This document shows, one piece after another, positions 37,770-50,326 of a stretch of DNA of 64,000 nt. The position numbers and the translations under genes were made by a program. The notes beneath the pieces are model-generated. The model was given only the letters and a program-made list of their open reading frames with translations. It made no database searches and had not been told where the DNA came from. This stretch comes from Octopus sinensis (taxonomy: Eukaryota), in the NCBI RefSeq assembly GCF_006345805.1, contig NC_043011.1, positions 59,408,464-59,472,463 on the forward strand, written 5' to 3'. Every line of letters starts with the position of its first letter. Positions within the stretch are counted from its first letter, which is position 1.

Positions 37770-38490
37770 GAGTGGCAGGGGCAGTAGCAAATTATTTTCA
37801 TGTAATACGACACATACATTCAAATTGATAGGGTTTTTATAAGGATGTGAGCAGTACTTGTTTGCACAATCATTTGGATTTCTCTGAGACACAACAACAG
37901 AAACGGTTCTCGCTTTAAGATGCTACATCTTTTGTATTTCAGTTGCCAGGTCCTTATGTTTACTTAATTTGTCAAATTCTTTTACAGATATATTTTTATC
38001 TGTGGGAACACTTAAATCTGTAAGTCAACAAGATATTTTCTTCTCTGTCTTTAATAATTATGTCTTGTCGATTAGCCTGGACTGTTCTGTCGATGCCGAC
38101 TAGAAAATCCCAGAGGATAATGAAGTTTTTACCTTCAACGACTAGTTCAGGATGAGGTTCATACCAGTAAGCAGGAATTCTGATTTTGTGGTGTTTACAT
38201 ATTTTCCAATGCAAATACTGTCCCATTTTATCGTGGCGATTTTGGTATTCGTTTGGTTTTAGCACAGGACATCCGAGACGAGAGGGTCTATTGTTTCATC
38301 AAATTTATCGCAGAACCTCGTAGTTTTTTTTATTGTTATTACGTTAAACTGTCGTATGTTCAGATTTGGCCAAATGCATTTTTTAAAGATATTTATTTTG
38401 GCTTGCAAAAACCGGATCTTTTGGGCAAACTATCGTATCTCCGGGTGCTTCAGATGTCAAGATATCAACAATTGTCAACGGTTTTGCTCT
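37770..38490 (-). mobile_element. R4/Dong-like CCHC + RLE fragment 3
   Basis: RFCDKFDETID.LVSGCP, EYQNRHDKMGQYLHWKIC, ILWDF..GIDRTVQANRQDII, SVKEFDKLSKHKDLATEIQKM. Confidence 0.85.
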
Positions 38491-38599
38491 GAAATGCTGA
38501 AACTATTTTTTCGTTTTCTGAAAAACAACGTTTTGGAATTAGGACACTTTTGCATAATGGCAACTATATATATGTGTGTGTGTGTGTGTGTGTACATAT

Positions 38600-38665
<66 letters not shown>

Positions 38666-39296
38666 ATATATGTATATATGTATATATATATGTATATATG
38701 TATATATATGTATATATGTATATATATATAGAGAGAGAGAGACACCCTTCACTTACTCTCCAACACTTTGAACTCCATGCCAAATAATAGCTAAAGAAGC
38801 TATTTTCAATGAAAAATCTGCAGACATGTTCTTAACCCCCAGACAGAAGATAAACTGGTTTTAGTTCAATTTTTTAATAAATTTATTACTGATTTTTAAT
38901 AAAATGAGATACTTCGAAACCGGTAATATTTTCTTTATATAATCTTTTAATAATTTTTTTATTAAATTCCCTCTTAAACTCAAACGTCTTAGACTTACTT
39001 CTGTTCTCTTTCCACATCTATCTTTTATGTGTGTGTGTGTGTGTGTGCATGTCTGTGTGTGTATATGTGTGTATAAATGTGAGTTTAGCGGGATATATCT
39101 CATCCGGGCGGACACCGTATTAGCTCTCAATTAAGTTCCAGTTGATGGCTAGCCACAACGGTTAGTATGCAACGTCTGTGTCTAGAATTAGTCGTTCGTC
39201 ACTCCGTGAATTCTTCCTATCCGTAATTATGTGTAGTCTACGTTAGGCTGTAAAGATTGTTTGGATTATATATATTAATTTTAATAATATTAATAG

Positions 39297-39696
39297 GGCT
39301 GCGAGCTGGCAGAATCCTTAGCACGCCGGACGAAATGCTTTGCGGTATTTCGTCTGCCGTTACGTTGTGAGTTCAAATTCCGCCGAGGTCGACTTTGCCT
39401 TTCATCCTTTCGGGGTCGATAAATTAAGTACCAGTTACGCACTGGGGTCGATGTAATCGACTTAATACCTATCTCTGTCCTTGTTTGTCCCCTCTGTGTT
39501 TAGCCCCTTGTGGGTAATAAAGAAATAGGAAATAGGTATTTCGTCAGCCGTTACGTTGTGAGTTCAAATTCCGCCGAGGTCGACTTTGCCTTTCAATCTT
39601 TCGGTTACGCACTGGGGTCGATATAATCGACTTAATCCGTTTGTCTGTCCTTGTTTGTCCTCTCTGTGCTTAGCCCCTTGTGGGTAGTAAAGAAAC
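39297..39696 (+). mobile_element. SINE family D head-to-tail dimer (full unit plus 5'-truncated unit, junction at 39535)
   Basis: The first unit ends AAATAGG and runs directly into GGTATTTCGTC of a second unit that lacks the head. Confidence 0.9.
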
Positions 39697-39810
39697 AAAT
39701 ATCAATATATAATCTATTCTCTGTTACACATGCAACCTTGCAATATTGTCGGTGCAGCTTCATCAGAGTTCGTCTATTCGATCGTTCTCGAAGCGAACTA
39801 ATGTGTATGC

Positions 39811-39844
<34 letters not shown>

Positions 39845-40211
39845 CGCCTACAAGGAAATTTTTTTAGATGACGATGTATTTTGGATGCTGGTATTTAAAG
39901 TAAAAATATGAAATACAAAGAGAAAATCAGATTGTTCGAGGCCAGTCTGTTAAATTTAACCAAGGATTTGAAATTCACGTCGTAACTCTACGTGGTAAAT
40001 CTTAACATTTTGACGTACTGAACAAATCATATTATTTATTTTTGGTAATGGAAACAGTACTGCATCAACAACGTGATACGAACCATGCACCTTTCTATCA
40101 AAAGGCCAGCGTCTCATCAACGCATTGACTTGTTTCGTCATAATAAAATTAGGAATCACTAAAACTGAAGTAGTAGTGCTTTTACAGTGTTTCTATCATT
40201 TCTCCGCACAT

Positions 40212-40581
40212 GTGGAAGCACTCCGTCGGTTACGACGACGAGGGTTCCGGTTGATCCGATCAACGGAACAGCCTGATCGTGAAATTAACGTGTAAGTGGC
40301 TGAGCACTCCACAGACACGTGTACCCTTAACGTAGTTCTCGGGGATATTCAGCGTGACACAGAGAGTGACAAGGCCGGCCCTTTGAAATACAGGTACAAC
40401 AGAAACAGGAAGTAAGAGTGAGAGAAAGTTGTGGTGAAAGAGTACAGCAGGGATCACCACCATCCCTGCTGGAGCCTCGTGGAGCTTTAGGTGTTTTCGC
40501 TCAATAAACACTCACAACCCCCGGTCTGGGAATCGAAACCGTGAGTCCGCTGCCCTAACCTCTGGGCCATTGCGCCTCCAC
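40212..40581 (-). mobile_element. SINE family B, full length, 11-bp target duplication TCTC(C/T)GCACAT
   Basis: Match to 35092-35476. Duplication at 40201-11 and 40582-92. Confidence 0.92.
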
Positions 40582-41011
40582 TCTCTGCACATAATCATTT
40601 GTGAGAAGAAAGAAACCGATTACTTATTCTATGATTGTTCTGCTTCTTGAGAAAATAAATAACATCTTCCTATTTTGACTTTATTTTCTCGATAACCTTT
40701 AAAATCTTCTTTACTGCTCATGCTCTCTCTCTTGAGCTATTTTGATCCGGAGCTTTTATAGAAGTTTCTAGTCTCATTTTTTTTCGTGTTTTGATAGTGT
40801 TTAATATTGCAGTGTGTGATTATTTGAATTGATTTATTTTGAATCAATTCTACTGATTTGACGCACAACGCTTCTCCATTCCTTTGGGGATATCGTTTTC
40901 CTCGTACATGTTTCAAAAGTGAGATGTAACATGTGTTACACACAACGTTCGTAATAATTCCTTCAAATGTTATACATGTTTCTTAATTGACAGCATCGAC
41001 TATCACTGCCT

Positions 41012-41418
41012 GGACGATGTTGTGGCTCTGTGGTCTTAAGTTTACTTCTCCACCACAAGGTTCCAGGTTCAGTCCTACTGCGCGGCTTCTTGGGAAAGTC
41101 TCTTCTACTATATCCACAAGCCGACCAAATCCTTGTGAGTGGATTTGATAGACGGTAACTAAAAGAATCCCGTTGTATATATATCAATGTGTGTATGTCT
41201 TTGAATCTATGTTTGCCCCCCCCCCATCGCTTGACATCTGGTTTTGGAATGTTTACCTTCTCGTAACTTAGCGGTTCGGCAAAATGGTCGATAGAATAAG
41301 AATTAGGCTTCAAAAAGTAAGTAGTGCGGTAGATTCGCTCGACTAAAATTCTTCAAGGTGGTGGCCCCAGCATGGCCAGAATCTAATGATTGAAGCAAAT
41401 GAAAGACAAAGATAAAAT
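41012..41418 (+). mobile_element. SINE family A (diverged)
   Basis: GGTTCAGTCC, GCCGACCAAA.CCTTGTGAGTGGATTTG, TAACTTAGCGGTTCGGCAAAA and CCAGCATGGCC. Confidence 0.8.
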
Positions 41419-42187
41419 ATTTGACTTCTTCCAGTTTTCATTCTTCAAAAGGATGTGAAACGCTGAAAGAAACAAATGTTGGATTAATATATAAAATACA
41501 TCAAACCCGTGATGTTCAATATATGGTTTTTATTGCAACCAATAGTCTATGAGCCATAGCGTCCTGTTTAGAATCAGATCCAGTGTATTCTTTTTGAAAC
41601 ATGGGTTTATAGGGAAATTCGGAAACCGATGAAGGAAACAAACACACATACACACACGTTATGAGCATGCGTGTGCCTTTGTACGATCGCGTGTATAATT
41701 CAAAGGACGCTTGTGTTTATGTGTGTGTGAGTGCATGGGGAGGTGCGTGTATGTGTTGGGGTGTGGGTGTGGGGGGTTATTGTATTTTGGTGGATGAGAT
41801 CAATCATTCCTGATTCCATAGCGTTTTGTGATTTTGTCTGCAAAATAGATTTTCAGTTAGAAGTGGATATTTTATTTGCGAAATCTTGAAACTTTTCCGG
41901 AAATTCTTTAAAAGGGGTCAGTTTTGCGTGATCGGATGTATATATCCTAACGCTCATAGAAGCGTTGTGTTTCGTAAAGGCAATATCCGAGTTTAGGATC
42001 GGTTTTATGATGTGCTCTTGTCTTGGTGTGTTATAGTTCATGATTAAGACAGATCCTAGAGACTCATGACGAATACATCTTTGCAGCAGTCGATTCATCT
42101 TGTTTATATTTACGAATATATTTCCTAGTATTTCGGTTTTGGATTTGGTTTGCAAGATTCTTTATATGAGTTCGTGTATTGAAGCAT

Positions 42188-42499
42188 ATTCTGTTGTGTC
42201 TGGGGAGAGTCATTTTCTTTTTGTGCCTTACAATGTAACACACTCACCGGTAAAATTTCCACTTATTTCTTATTTTTATTTTCCTAAAATTTTCGTTGCA
42301 TCTTGCAACCTTTTCAATAGTCTTGACTATTGAAAAGGTTGCCAGGGTATTGAAAAGGTTGCAAGATTATTGAAAAGGTTGCAAGACGCAACGAAAATTT
42401 TAGGAAAATAAAAATGAGAAATAAGTGGAAATTTTACCGGTGAGTGTGTTACATTATAAAGCACAAAACGAAAATGACTCTCCCCAGACACAACAGAAT
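42188..42499. repeat. 312-bp palindrome with a 2-nt loop and a triplicated 20-mer in the right arm
   Basis: Left arm 42188-42322 matches the reverse complement of the right arm with about 5 mismatches in ~132 bp. TATTGAAAAGGTTGC.AG.. occurs at 42328, 42348 and 42368. Confidence 0.95.
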
Positions 42500-42739
42500 T
42501 TCCTACTATGTTCTTATTTTTTAATACGTAGGCCAGTCTGATGTTATTGTTACAGATCTAGAAACTATACAGAGACTGCCACATTGTCATTTGAAACTCT
42601 TAATAAGTCTGTAAACCTGGTATTTTAAAGTAATTATAAAACAGTTTATCACGACACGACTGTTTTATCCATTCGAACAGTGTTGATTTTGACGTCTTTT
42701 TGTCTCACAGAATGTTTCAATCTTTCGTTGCTTATTTCT

Positions 42740-42771
<32 letters not shown>

Positions 42772-43199
42772 TCTCTCTCTCTTTCTCTCTCTCTCTCTCC
42801 TCTCTCTCTCTCCCTCTCTCTAGTTTGCAATGTAAATAACGAAGCCACACAGTTCTGTGATTATCCGACCTGTAATGTACAGTAATTTCTTCTTGTGATT
42901 GTTGACAATTCCATTTATGTATTGTATGTTAAGCAGAAACATAAGAGGTAAATTAATATCTTGTTTCCGTGTAGCTTTCTGCAGCGTAAGGAGATCTGAT
43001 GTAGGCAATAAATCTGAGATTTGTTCTATTGTTTATTATTTTTTTCTTCTTATTTCGGTCAGCAGACAGATGTCAATTAATCATTGAAGAGGAAGACATG
43101 TCAAGAAAAACTATCATACGAGACAAAGATCTTCTGAAAAATTATTCACAGTTTTTCCCTCGATGAAAATCTTTAGTATTCAATATTTTATGACTATCA

Positions 43200-43380
43200 A
43201 AATGCTTAGCCACGTCACCCGTTTTGGGGGTCTGAGTTCAAGTTGCGCCGAGGTCGATTTGCCTTTCATGTTTTCGGGGTCGATAAAATAACAACCAGTT
43301 GACCCCTGAGGGCGATGTGATCGATGTACCCGGTCCCCTTCCCCGAAAATTGCTGGACTTGTACCGAAGTTTGAAACGAA
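43200..43380 (+). mobile_element. SINE family D, diverged, tail type 2
   Basis: CGCCGAGGTCGATTTGCCTTTCATG.TTTCGGGGTCGATAAA...AAATTGCTGGACTTGTACC. Confidence 0.7.
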
Positions 43381-43544
43381 TATATAACTATAATTCATGT
43401 TAACCTACAGACGGATCTGTAACACTGCACAATGCACTTTTTTTATATAATTTCTTTCTTGATACAGAGCAAGAAATACACACACATAGACATGTGTGTG
43501 TGCATGTGTGCGTGTGTGTGTGTGTGCGTGTTCAATACTACTAC

Positions 43545-43770
43545 GCGGTATGTTGGGCGAGGCTTTCTACTATAGCCCCAGGTCGAACAATGAAAATGTA
43601 TTGAAGCCCGTCTCCTGTGCGCATGTATGTATATCTATATATGTGTGTGTGTATGTGTGTGTAGGGGGCATTGTAGGGGGCATACTAGGATTGATATGTT
43701 CGTCGAAATCAGTCAAGGCGTTGCTCCTACATGGCCGCGGGCGAGTAACTGAAACAAATAAAATAATATG
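43545..43770 (+). mobile_element. SINE family A, heavily deleted
   Basis: TTGGGCGAGGCTTTCTACTATAGCCCC, GAAGCCCGTC and AAGGCG.TGCTCC..CATGGCCGC...ACTGAAACAA. Confidence 0.6.
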
Positions 43771-44571
43771 AAGATTATTCAGTGGACATTATGAATGTTA
43801 TACTTCAGGTTTTATCCATTTTTGCCACCATTACACTCCTGGTGTTTCTATCAAGTCCTAAGCTTATTCCCAATTTTCAGTTCCTGAGTTTGCTTACCAT
43901 ACAACGATAATATGAAGCAGTACTAGCAGTCACTACTTGTATTTTTAAAATATCTAAGGACAACCGCAGGCTCTGATTTGGTTAGTTAAATTCTATGCTT
44001 GTGTTGTTCTCTGTATTTGAGCGTTAAGATACCGGTTGTCTTATCGCGACGTTTAATAATTTTAATTGTGCGAATCCATTCAGCGAGGACAAAATTTTCT
44101 TTGTGAAAGGTTTGCAATTTTCCAGTCACCAAGAGTGTCAAACAAATTAATTACACGTTTCATTACCAGATTTAATAGATTTCTGACACATGAAATGTCT
44201 GCGCCAAGGGCTTGTTTTCTTTACTGCTGAAACCAAATAGACTCCATCAGATGCCGTTTAAATATGTAAAGTTGCTGAACCATAAACGACGCAAACAGGC
44301 ATAAATAGGCCACACTTCCCCTCCCAAATCTGTGTGTCTCTCTCCCAAAGAAATATATGGGTGTGTGTGTGTGTGTGTGTGCGTATGTGTGTGGGTGCGT
44401 GTATGTGTATACATACATACATGCTTACATGCATATATACATACATATATATATGTATATATACATATATATATATACATATGTATATATATATATATAT
44501 GTACATATATATACATACATGCATACGTCCATACATACATATATATATTTATTTATATATATATATATGTA

Positions 44572-44667
<96 letters not shown>

Positions 44668-44698
44668 CATATATATATATATAATATATATATATATG

Positions 44699-44729
<31 letters not shown>

Positions 44730-45799
44730 ACATATGTATACATACTTACGTCCATACATACGTACATACATAAATGCGTATATATATATACGTATTATTA
44801 ATCTATTAGATCCATTCCAAATCGATGTTGCACGTGGCCTGATGTTATCATTTGACGTTTTGTGAGCCTAAGAAAATAACTCCTAAAAGCACATACAATA
44901 CAGAGTAAACGAAATCCGATGCCATCTTAAGAACTCCTTCAAGCATTTTCTTCCATTTTCTATATCAGAGTTTTTGTTTCATTGTGCTTTTGATGAGGCC
45001 TTGTGTTTTTCTACGAAGCAATTCTTAAATATTTACCAATAAGTTCAGAATGGAACACACTTCTCAGAATATTAATATCTATGCAGAGTATACAAATATT
45101 AAAGAAATCGAAACGTATTCCACTTATCATTTCATTCTTGAAAAATCGATTTTTGTGTGCGTGTGTGTGTGTGTTGTTATTTGCGCATCTTTTTTTTTTT
45201 TTCACATTGCGGCAGTTTCTTCCGTTTTGTTTGTTATTTTTTCTCTTTTTTTCACTTCTTTCCGCAACTATATAAACAAGCTGTTGAATTTATCTACAAT
45301 TTTTTAATATCGTTCTTAAACTTGCTTCCTTTTAAGTATGTGTAATGTAAATGCATAGTAATGCGCTTATTCCGAAGTGCATGTTAGTCCCATAAGCCAT
45401 TGGCCAACAGGAGCAATTTCAAAACTGAAAGTAAATCAGTTTGACGGAGCCTATTGTTTTCCACGATGCATTCAGCCTTTAAATCTAAGCAAATATTCCC
45501 ATACAGAGCTACCAAATTTTTTGCTGTACTAAGATTGAAGGCAACGTCTAATATATCATCTTGTCATTGAATTAAACTTTTTCTTTAGTAGATATTTATA
45601 TAACTGTTATTTTGGTGGGTACTAAATCCTAATGCACTTTTACTACCAGTTTTAGATACAACCATGAGTTAGTAGACCCATTAGAACACCGAAAACACAC
45701 TTCGCGATATTTTGAGTCACAGATTGCATTCGGCGTTCAAATCCCATCGAGATCAACTTTGACTTCTCTTATCTCAGTACTGATGTCTGTGGTATTGAA

Positions 45800-46085
45800 G
45801 AGCTGGAAGAGTCGTTAGCACACCGGGCAAAATGCTACGTGGTATTTCGTCTGCCGCTACGTTCTGAGTTCAAATTCCGCCGAGGTCGACTTTGCCTTTC
45901 ATACTTTCAGGGTCGATTAAATAAATACCAGTTACGCACTGGGGTCGATATAATCGACTTAAACCGTTTGTCTGTCCTTGTTTGTCCCCTCTGTGTTTAG
46001 CCCCTTCTGGGTAGTAAAGAAATAGGTATTGAATCACATCCTCCGCACAAAATTATTGGCCTTGTGTCTAAAGTAGAAAAATATG
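45800..46085 (+). mobile_element. SINE family D with tail type 1 followed by a tail type 2 remnant
   Basis: Family D body ends AAAGAAATAGGTATT, followed by AAATTATTGGCCTTGTGTCTAAAGTAGAAAA. Confidence 0.85.
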
Positions 46086-46749
46086 ATTAAATTTAGTCAC
46101 AAACCGAAATACACACACATACACACACACACACACACATATACCCGTATACCCGTTTCACTTGAGGTTGATATTTAAGCTTTCTGTCAAATGCGATTTA
46201 TATAGTTTTTAGAGCAACAAATTACAATTTAATAAAGCATAAAAAATACTGCAGTTATTTTTTTTTTTACGTTTTTGATCTGAAAAGATCTTTTTTCAGA
46301 AGTCACGTAAACAGAGCCTAGACAAATAGAGAGAGAGGAAGAATATACATAATTAAGTGCTCAGCCAGACATTTCGACTGTTTGTGTCGACACCAAAGGA
46401 AGTTCAAATATTAGCATCAACAGCATGTACACATTTCCTACCAGTTAAAACATGATGTCAGATAAACGGCAAATTTCGATTTTTTTAAGAGTAGCAAAGA
46501 TACGTGAGCGAATGTAGACAATTAAAAACATTGCGTAACTTTCAATACCAGTTATTATTAACCAAAATGTGTTTGTGGAATCTTCACTTCATTTCGTATT
46601 TTCAGAGTTTACTGTTTATTTATGTTCTGCAATCTTCACATCTGAAGTAACTCTTTAGAGAGGCAAAAATGCACCTCCCCTTTTAGCACGGAAACTGCTT
46701 TTCTTACCTTTTCTGTTGCTGCTGCTGTTGTTGATGATGTTGAAGAAGC

Positions 46750-47090
46750 GGTCTTCTGTAGAAGTCCGAAACGTGGTCCTTTGCTATTCGTAAGACCCGC
46801 AGAAGAGAAAGCAGGTCAACCCCCGACATCGAGAGCATCGACGGATGGATAAATGCGCATCCAGGCTCAGTGGTTGCGTAGGATGTCGGGGACAAGAAAC
46901 AGGAAGAAAGAGTGAGAGAAAGTTGGGGCAAAAGAGTACAACAGGGGTCGCCACAACCCCCTGCCGGAGCCTCGTGTAGCTTTAGGTGTTTTCACTCTAT
47001 AAACACACACAGCACCCGGTCTGGGAATCGAAACCGCGATCCTCCGACGGCGAGTCCGCTGCCCTAACCACTGGGCCATTGCGCCACCAC
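46750..47090 (-). mobile_element. SINE with a family B head/body and an alternative 3' module
   Basis: 46895-47090 matches family B. 46750-46890 is unrelated to the standard B tail. Confidence 0.75.
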
Positions 47091-47129
47091 TGCTGCTGCT
47101 GTTGTTGGTGTTGTTAAGTAACAAGACGT

Positions 47130-47335
47130 ATAAAGGTGATTAGGTGATGGTCTAGGGCGACCCCAGACCTTGTAACCGAGGGCTCTTCGTTGACGCCCGA
47201 CACCACCGGGAGGTGGCCCTCGAAGTCGCTGGAAATGGAAATCTCCAGGTCCAAATTCTTGGACGTCTGTTGATGCTGCTGTTGTAACTGCTGTTAATGC
47301 TGTTGCCAATTTTACCCCTGTTTTTTCTCTTGCTA
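47130..47335 (-). mobile_element. GC-rich interspersed-repeat fragment, possibly a LINE 5' region
   Basis: GC content far above background. The family resemblance is from memory only and no domain is recognised. Confidence 0.3.
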
Positions 47336-47396
47336 CCTCTGAATAGCTGTTTTTGTTGCTACTGACTTTGCAGCGATTGTGACTGTGACTGCTGTA

Positions 47397-47535
47397 CAGG
47401 GCCGGCCTGAAATTCGGCGTGTACAAGCTGCCGATCGTGGAAATTTCCATGTCTTTGTCCCACCCTCTTTGGCGCCCCCTACCACATGGCGCCGCAGGTG
47501 ACCGCCCGGGTTTCCGGTGCCTTGAGCTGGCCCTG
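47397..47535. mobile_element. 139-bp hAT-type MITE with a perfect 8-bp target duplication
   Basis: CTGCTGTA|CAGGGCCGGCCTGAA ... TTGAGCTGGCCCTG|CTGCTGTA (duplication at 47389-96 and 47536-43). Confidence 0.85.
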
Positions 47536-49160
47536 CTGCTGTAGTAATCTTTTATACTTCTTTCTGTGAAGTTAACGTGCCTGTTATTTTCATAAATATC
47601 ATCACCGTTGCTCCTTTTATTGTCGCTTTTGTTGTTTAGCTTCAACTCAGCCCTGTTTGTGAAACCTTAGGATCAAGGATCTTGCTATACTGAGATGACC
47701 AACCCGTTTTATTTTCAAGAACAATTGTATTTAGCACTTCTTCACGCAAGATACCCGTTTTTTCAAAATGTTAGATTGCTACCATTTCTAGCATGCCTAT
47801 GCACTGCATTCGGGAGTTATGTGTTGATGTTACCAATTTTATTATGACTACTTTAATTCGAAGGAAGCGTTGCTTTGGCGTATTTCTTTATGTTTTAGTA
47901 AACAATAAACCAAAATATCATCGACATTCATCAAATAGCTACTGAAACGCTCTCTCTCAATAATAGTCCTCTCTGCAATCAAATTCCATCAAACCACTGA
48001 GGCTAAAATGACAAAGATTAAGGAGACTCAGCAACGCTGGTTGTAGAAAGGGAAACAGTCACCATGAAGCATAATATGTCAATAAAATGAAGTTTGGGGA
48101 ACAAAAACGGCATTGTTATATCAATATTCTTCTTAGATACATTTCTTTGGTCAGGGGAGAATTCTAAGTATTTATAAAAATAACATGTTAACTAAAGAAT
48201 TCTGTTCACAACGTTTTGCTTATAATTGTGACATGTACAATTGAATCGCCACCATCGCCGTAATTTCGTTAGCTCTTGCGAAAAATCACGATTACTGGAA
48301 TGAAAATAAATATTTGTAGCGTTTTAGGGATATTAAAGTTTTGTTGATATTGCATACTTATAGCTATATAAGGCATTGTGTGAAGACAATTCATACAAAA
48401 TCAAAACAATAAGCAGAGAAATAGTTTCACAATGCAGTTTAACCACAAAGAACAACATAATGAAGGTATGTCTCACTATGCACCGGTAAACCAACAAAAT
48501 ATCAAAATCTTATAATGGCCTGCCTGTAACAACATATTTCTGAAAAACTCTTTGGTCGTTTACTTTCTTCTATTTGAAAAGGGTAATATTTCCCGAAAGA
48601 TTATACGTTCATTGAACAACCTATGTAAAGTTTAATTAAAAAAACTATCTTTCTTCTTTGTCTTCATGGATTAACGATACCTTACATATTTCATCTAATT
48701 TCCCACATGCATCACTTATAGGTTTTGGCGGTCTTTTTTCAAAAGTTTATGCCAAAAGGTTATACAGAAATGGACCGAAAGTAAATAGTCATAGTCTATA
48801 GAAGCATTCTTTGATTCCATTCTAACCCTGTCATTACCAAAGCTGGTTGAATACAAATCACGAAATTTGCTAACAAATGAATTAGTTTAGGTTATGAAAC
48901 GTAAGAGATATTTTAAATTAAAAGAAAAGGCAGCGGAATAAGTTTTGCTGAACAGGGAAATGTAAATAAGGAAAGAAATATTAAAGCAATAGATTATATA
49001 AGTCTATCCTACAGAACAGCTGAACAAAACAAAAAAGTACAAACGACAGCAGAGAGCAAACAGTACGTCACACTCAAGAAGTCAGCATGGATAAAATAAC
49101 AATATACGTGGAACAAACAAATCATCATCATTATCATAATGATAATATAAATGAGTATAA

Positions 49161-49363
49161 ATTTTGGCACAAGGTCTGCTATTTCAGGGTGGCGGGGATA
49201 TGTCGATTACATCATTCCTAGCGTGCAACTGGTACTTATTTTATCGACGCAGAGAGAATGAAAGGCAAAAACGACCTCGGCAGAATTTGAACTGGGAACG
49301 TGCAGACAGACGAAATACTGCTTGGCATTTCAACTGGCGCGCCAACGACTCCGCCAGCCCGCT
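49161..49363 (-). mobile_element. SINE family D, tail type 2
   Basis: Reverse complement gives GCGGGCTGGCGGAGTCGTT...GTATTTCGTCTG...CAAATTCTGCCGAGGTCG...GACCTTGTGCCAAAAT. Confidence 0.8.
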
Positions 49364-49405
49364 ATGACAACAACAACAGCAACAATAATGATGATAATAA
49401 TAATA

Positions 49406-49454
<49 letters not shown>

Positions 49455-50194
49455 ATAGCAATTTACCATTAATACAATCACGAGAAATGACTGCAATAAC
49501 TTTTAAAATGATAGACGAAACTCGACATAGCGTCGAGAAGAGAAAATTTACACAAACTAAAAAATACAATGGAAGCGTAATAAGAAAACAGTGCCCTAAC
49601 TAAACAAGCTAATTTTGCATGAGAAGCATTTGCTAAACAAATAGACACAATAGACTTAACGGTTTTAAACTAAACAAATCACGCTATGGAGTGAGCAACA
49701 CTCAGACGAATAGGCGTCGGGAAAACTAGAAAAATCTAAAACAGTTTGCAAAATCGGAGATAAATCGCATGGCTTGTATGAGAGTTAAAAACTAGACAGT
49801 AAAACGTCACTTCAAAGTAAATAGTTACGTAGAAAGATTAAAATTTCAGACGAACAGTACCTTAAAATCACAAAAGTTATATTTATTCAACAGGTGAATG
49901 CTAAAACGTGGAGAACGCGGCAGAGGTGGGAAAAATAAGCGAAGTGATTCAAAGGGAGTGAGAATGTACCGTGGAGAGAAATGAAAGAATTACAGAAATT
50001 TAGATAACAACAAAATGCATGAAAGGAATTCACCAAATAAAGTAAATTATCGAAACATTTCGAAGAAAATAACAGAAGTAGAAAAACACTTTGAATCAAA
50101 TGAACTAAAGCTTGGATATTTAGAGACAATATATTGGAGATCTGATCAAACAGTATCAGAATTGTTACAGTAAAAAAGAATTACAATATATCGA

Positions 50195-50290
50195 TTTGGC
50201 ATTTAATCTCGTTCGAAGTCGTCCACTTCCGAAGCCACACACTTTCTTCAGCGTTGTTTCCATTGGTAGAATTATTCCTGGAAGTCTATT
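50195..50290 (-). mobile_element. Mariner transposase C-terminal relic
   Basis: Reverse complement encodes DFQE*FYQWKQR*RKCVASEVDDFERD*, matching the F..W..RW.KC....GDYFE.D ending. Confidence 0.6.
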
Positions 50291-50326
50291 TTGGGGATAG
50301 TGAGAAGCTGCCCGGTAGCGTAGAGT

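Noticed and set aside
47064-47645. 193-aa ORF, the longest non-microsatellite, non-RT ORF
   Set aside because: It is a composite crossing a hAT MITE (47397-47535), a GC-rich repeat fragment and the edge of a SINE head. It is open because of local GC richness.
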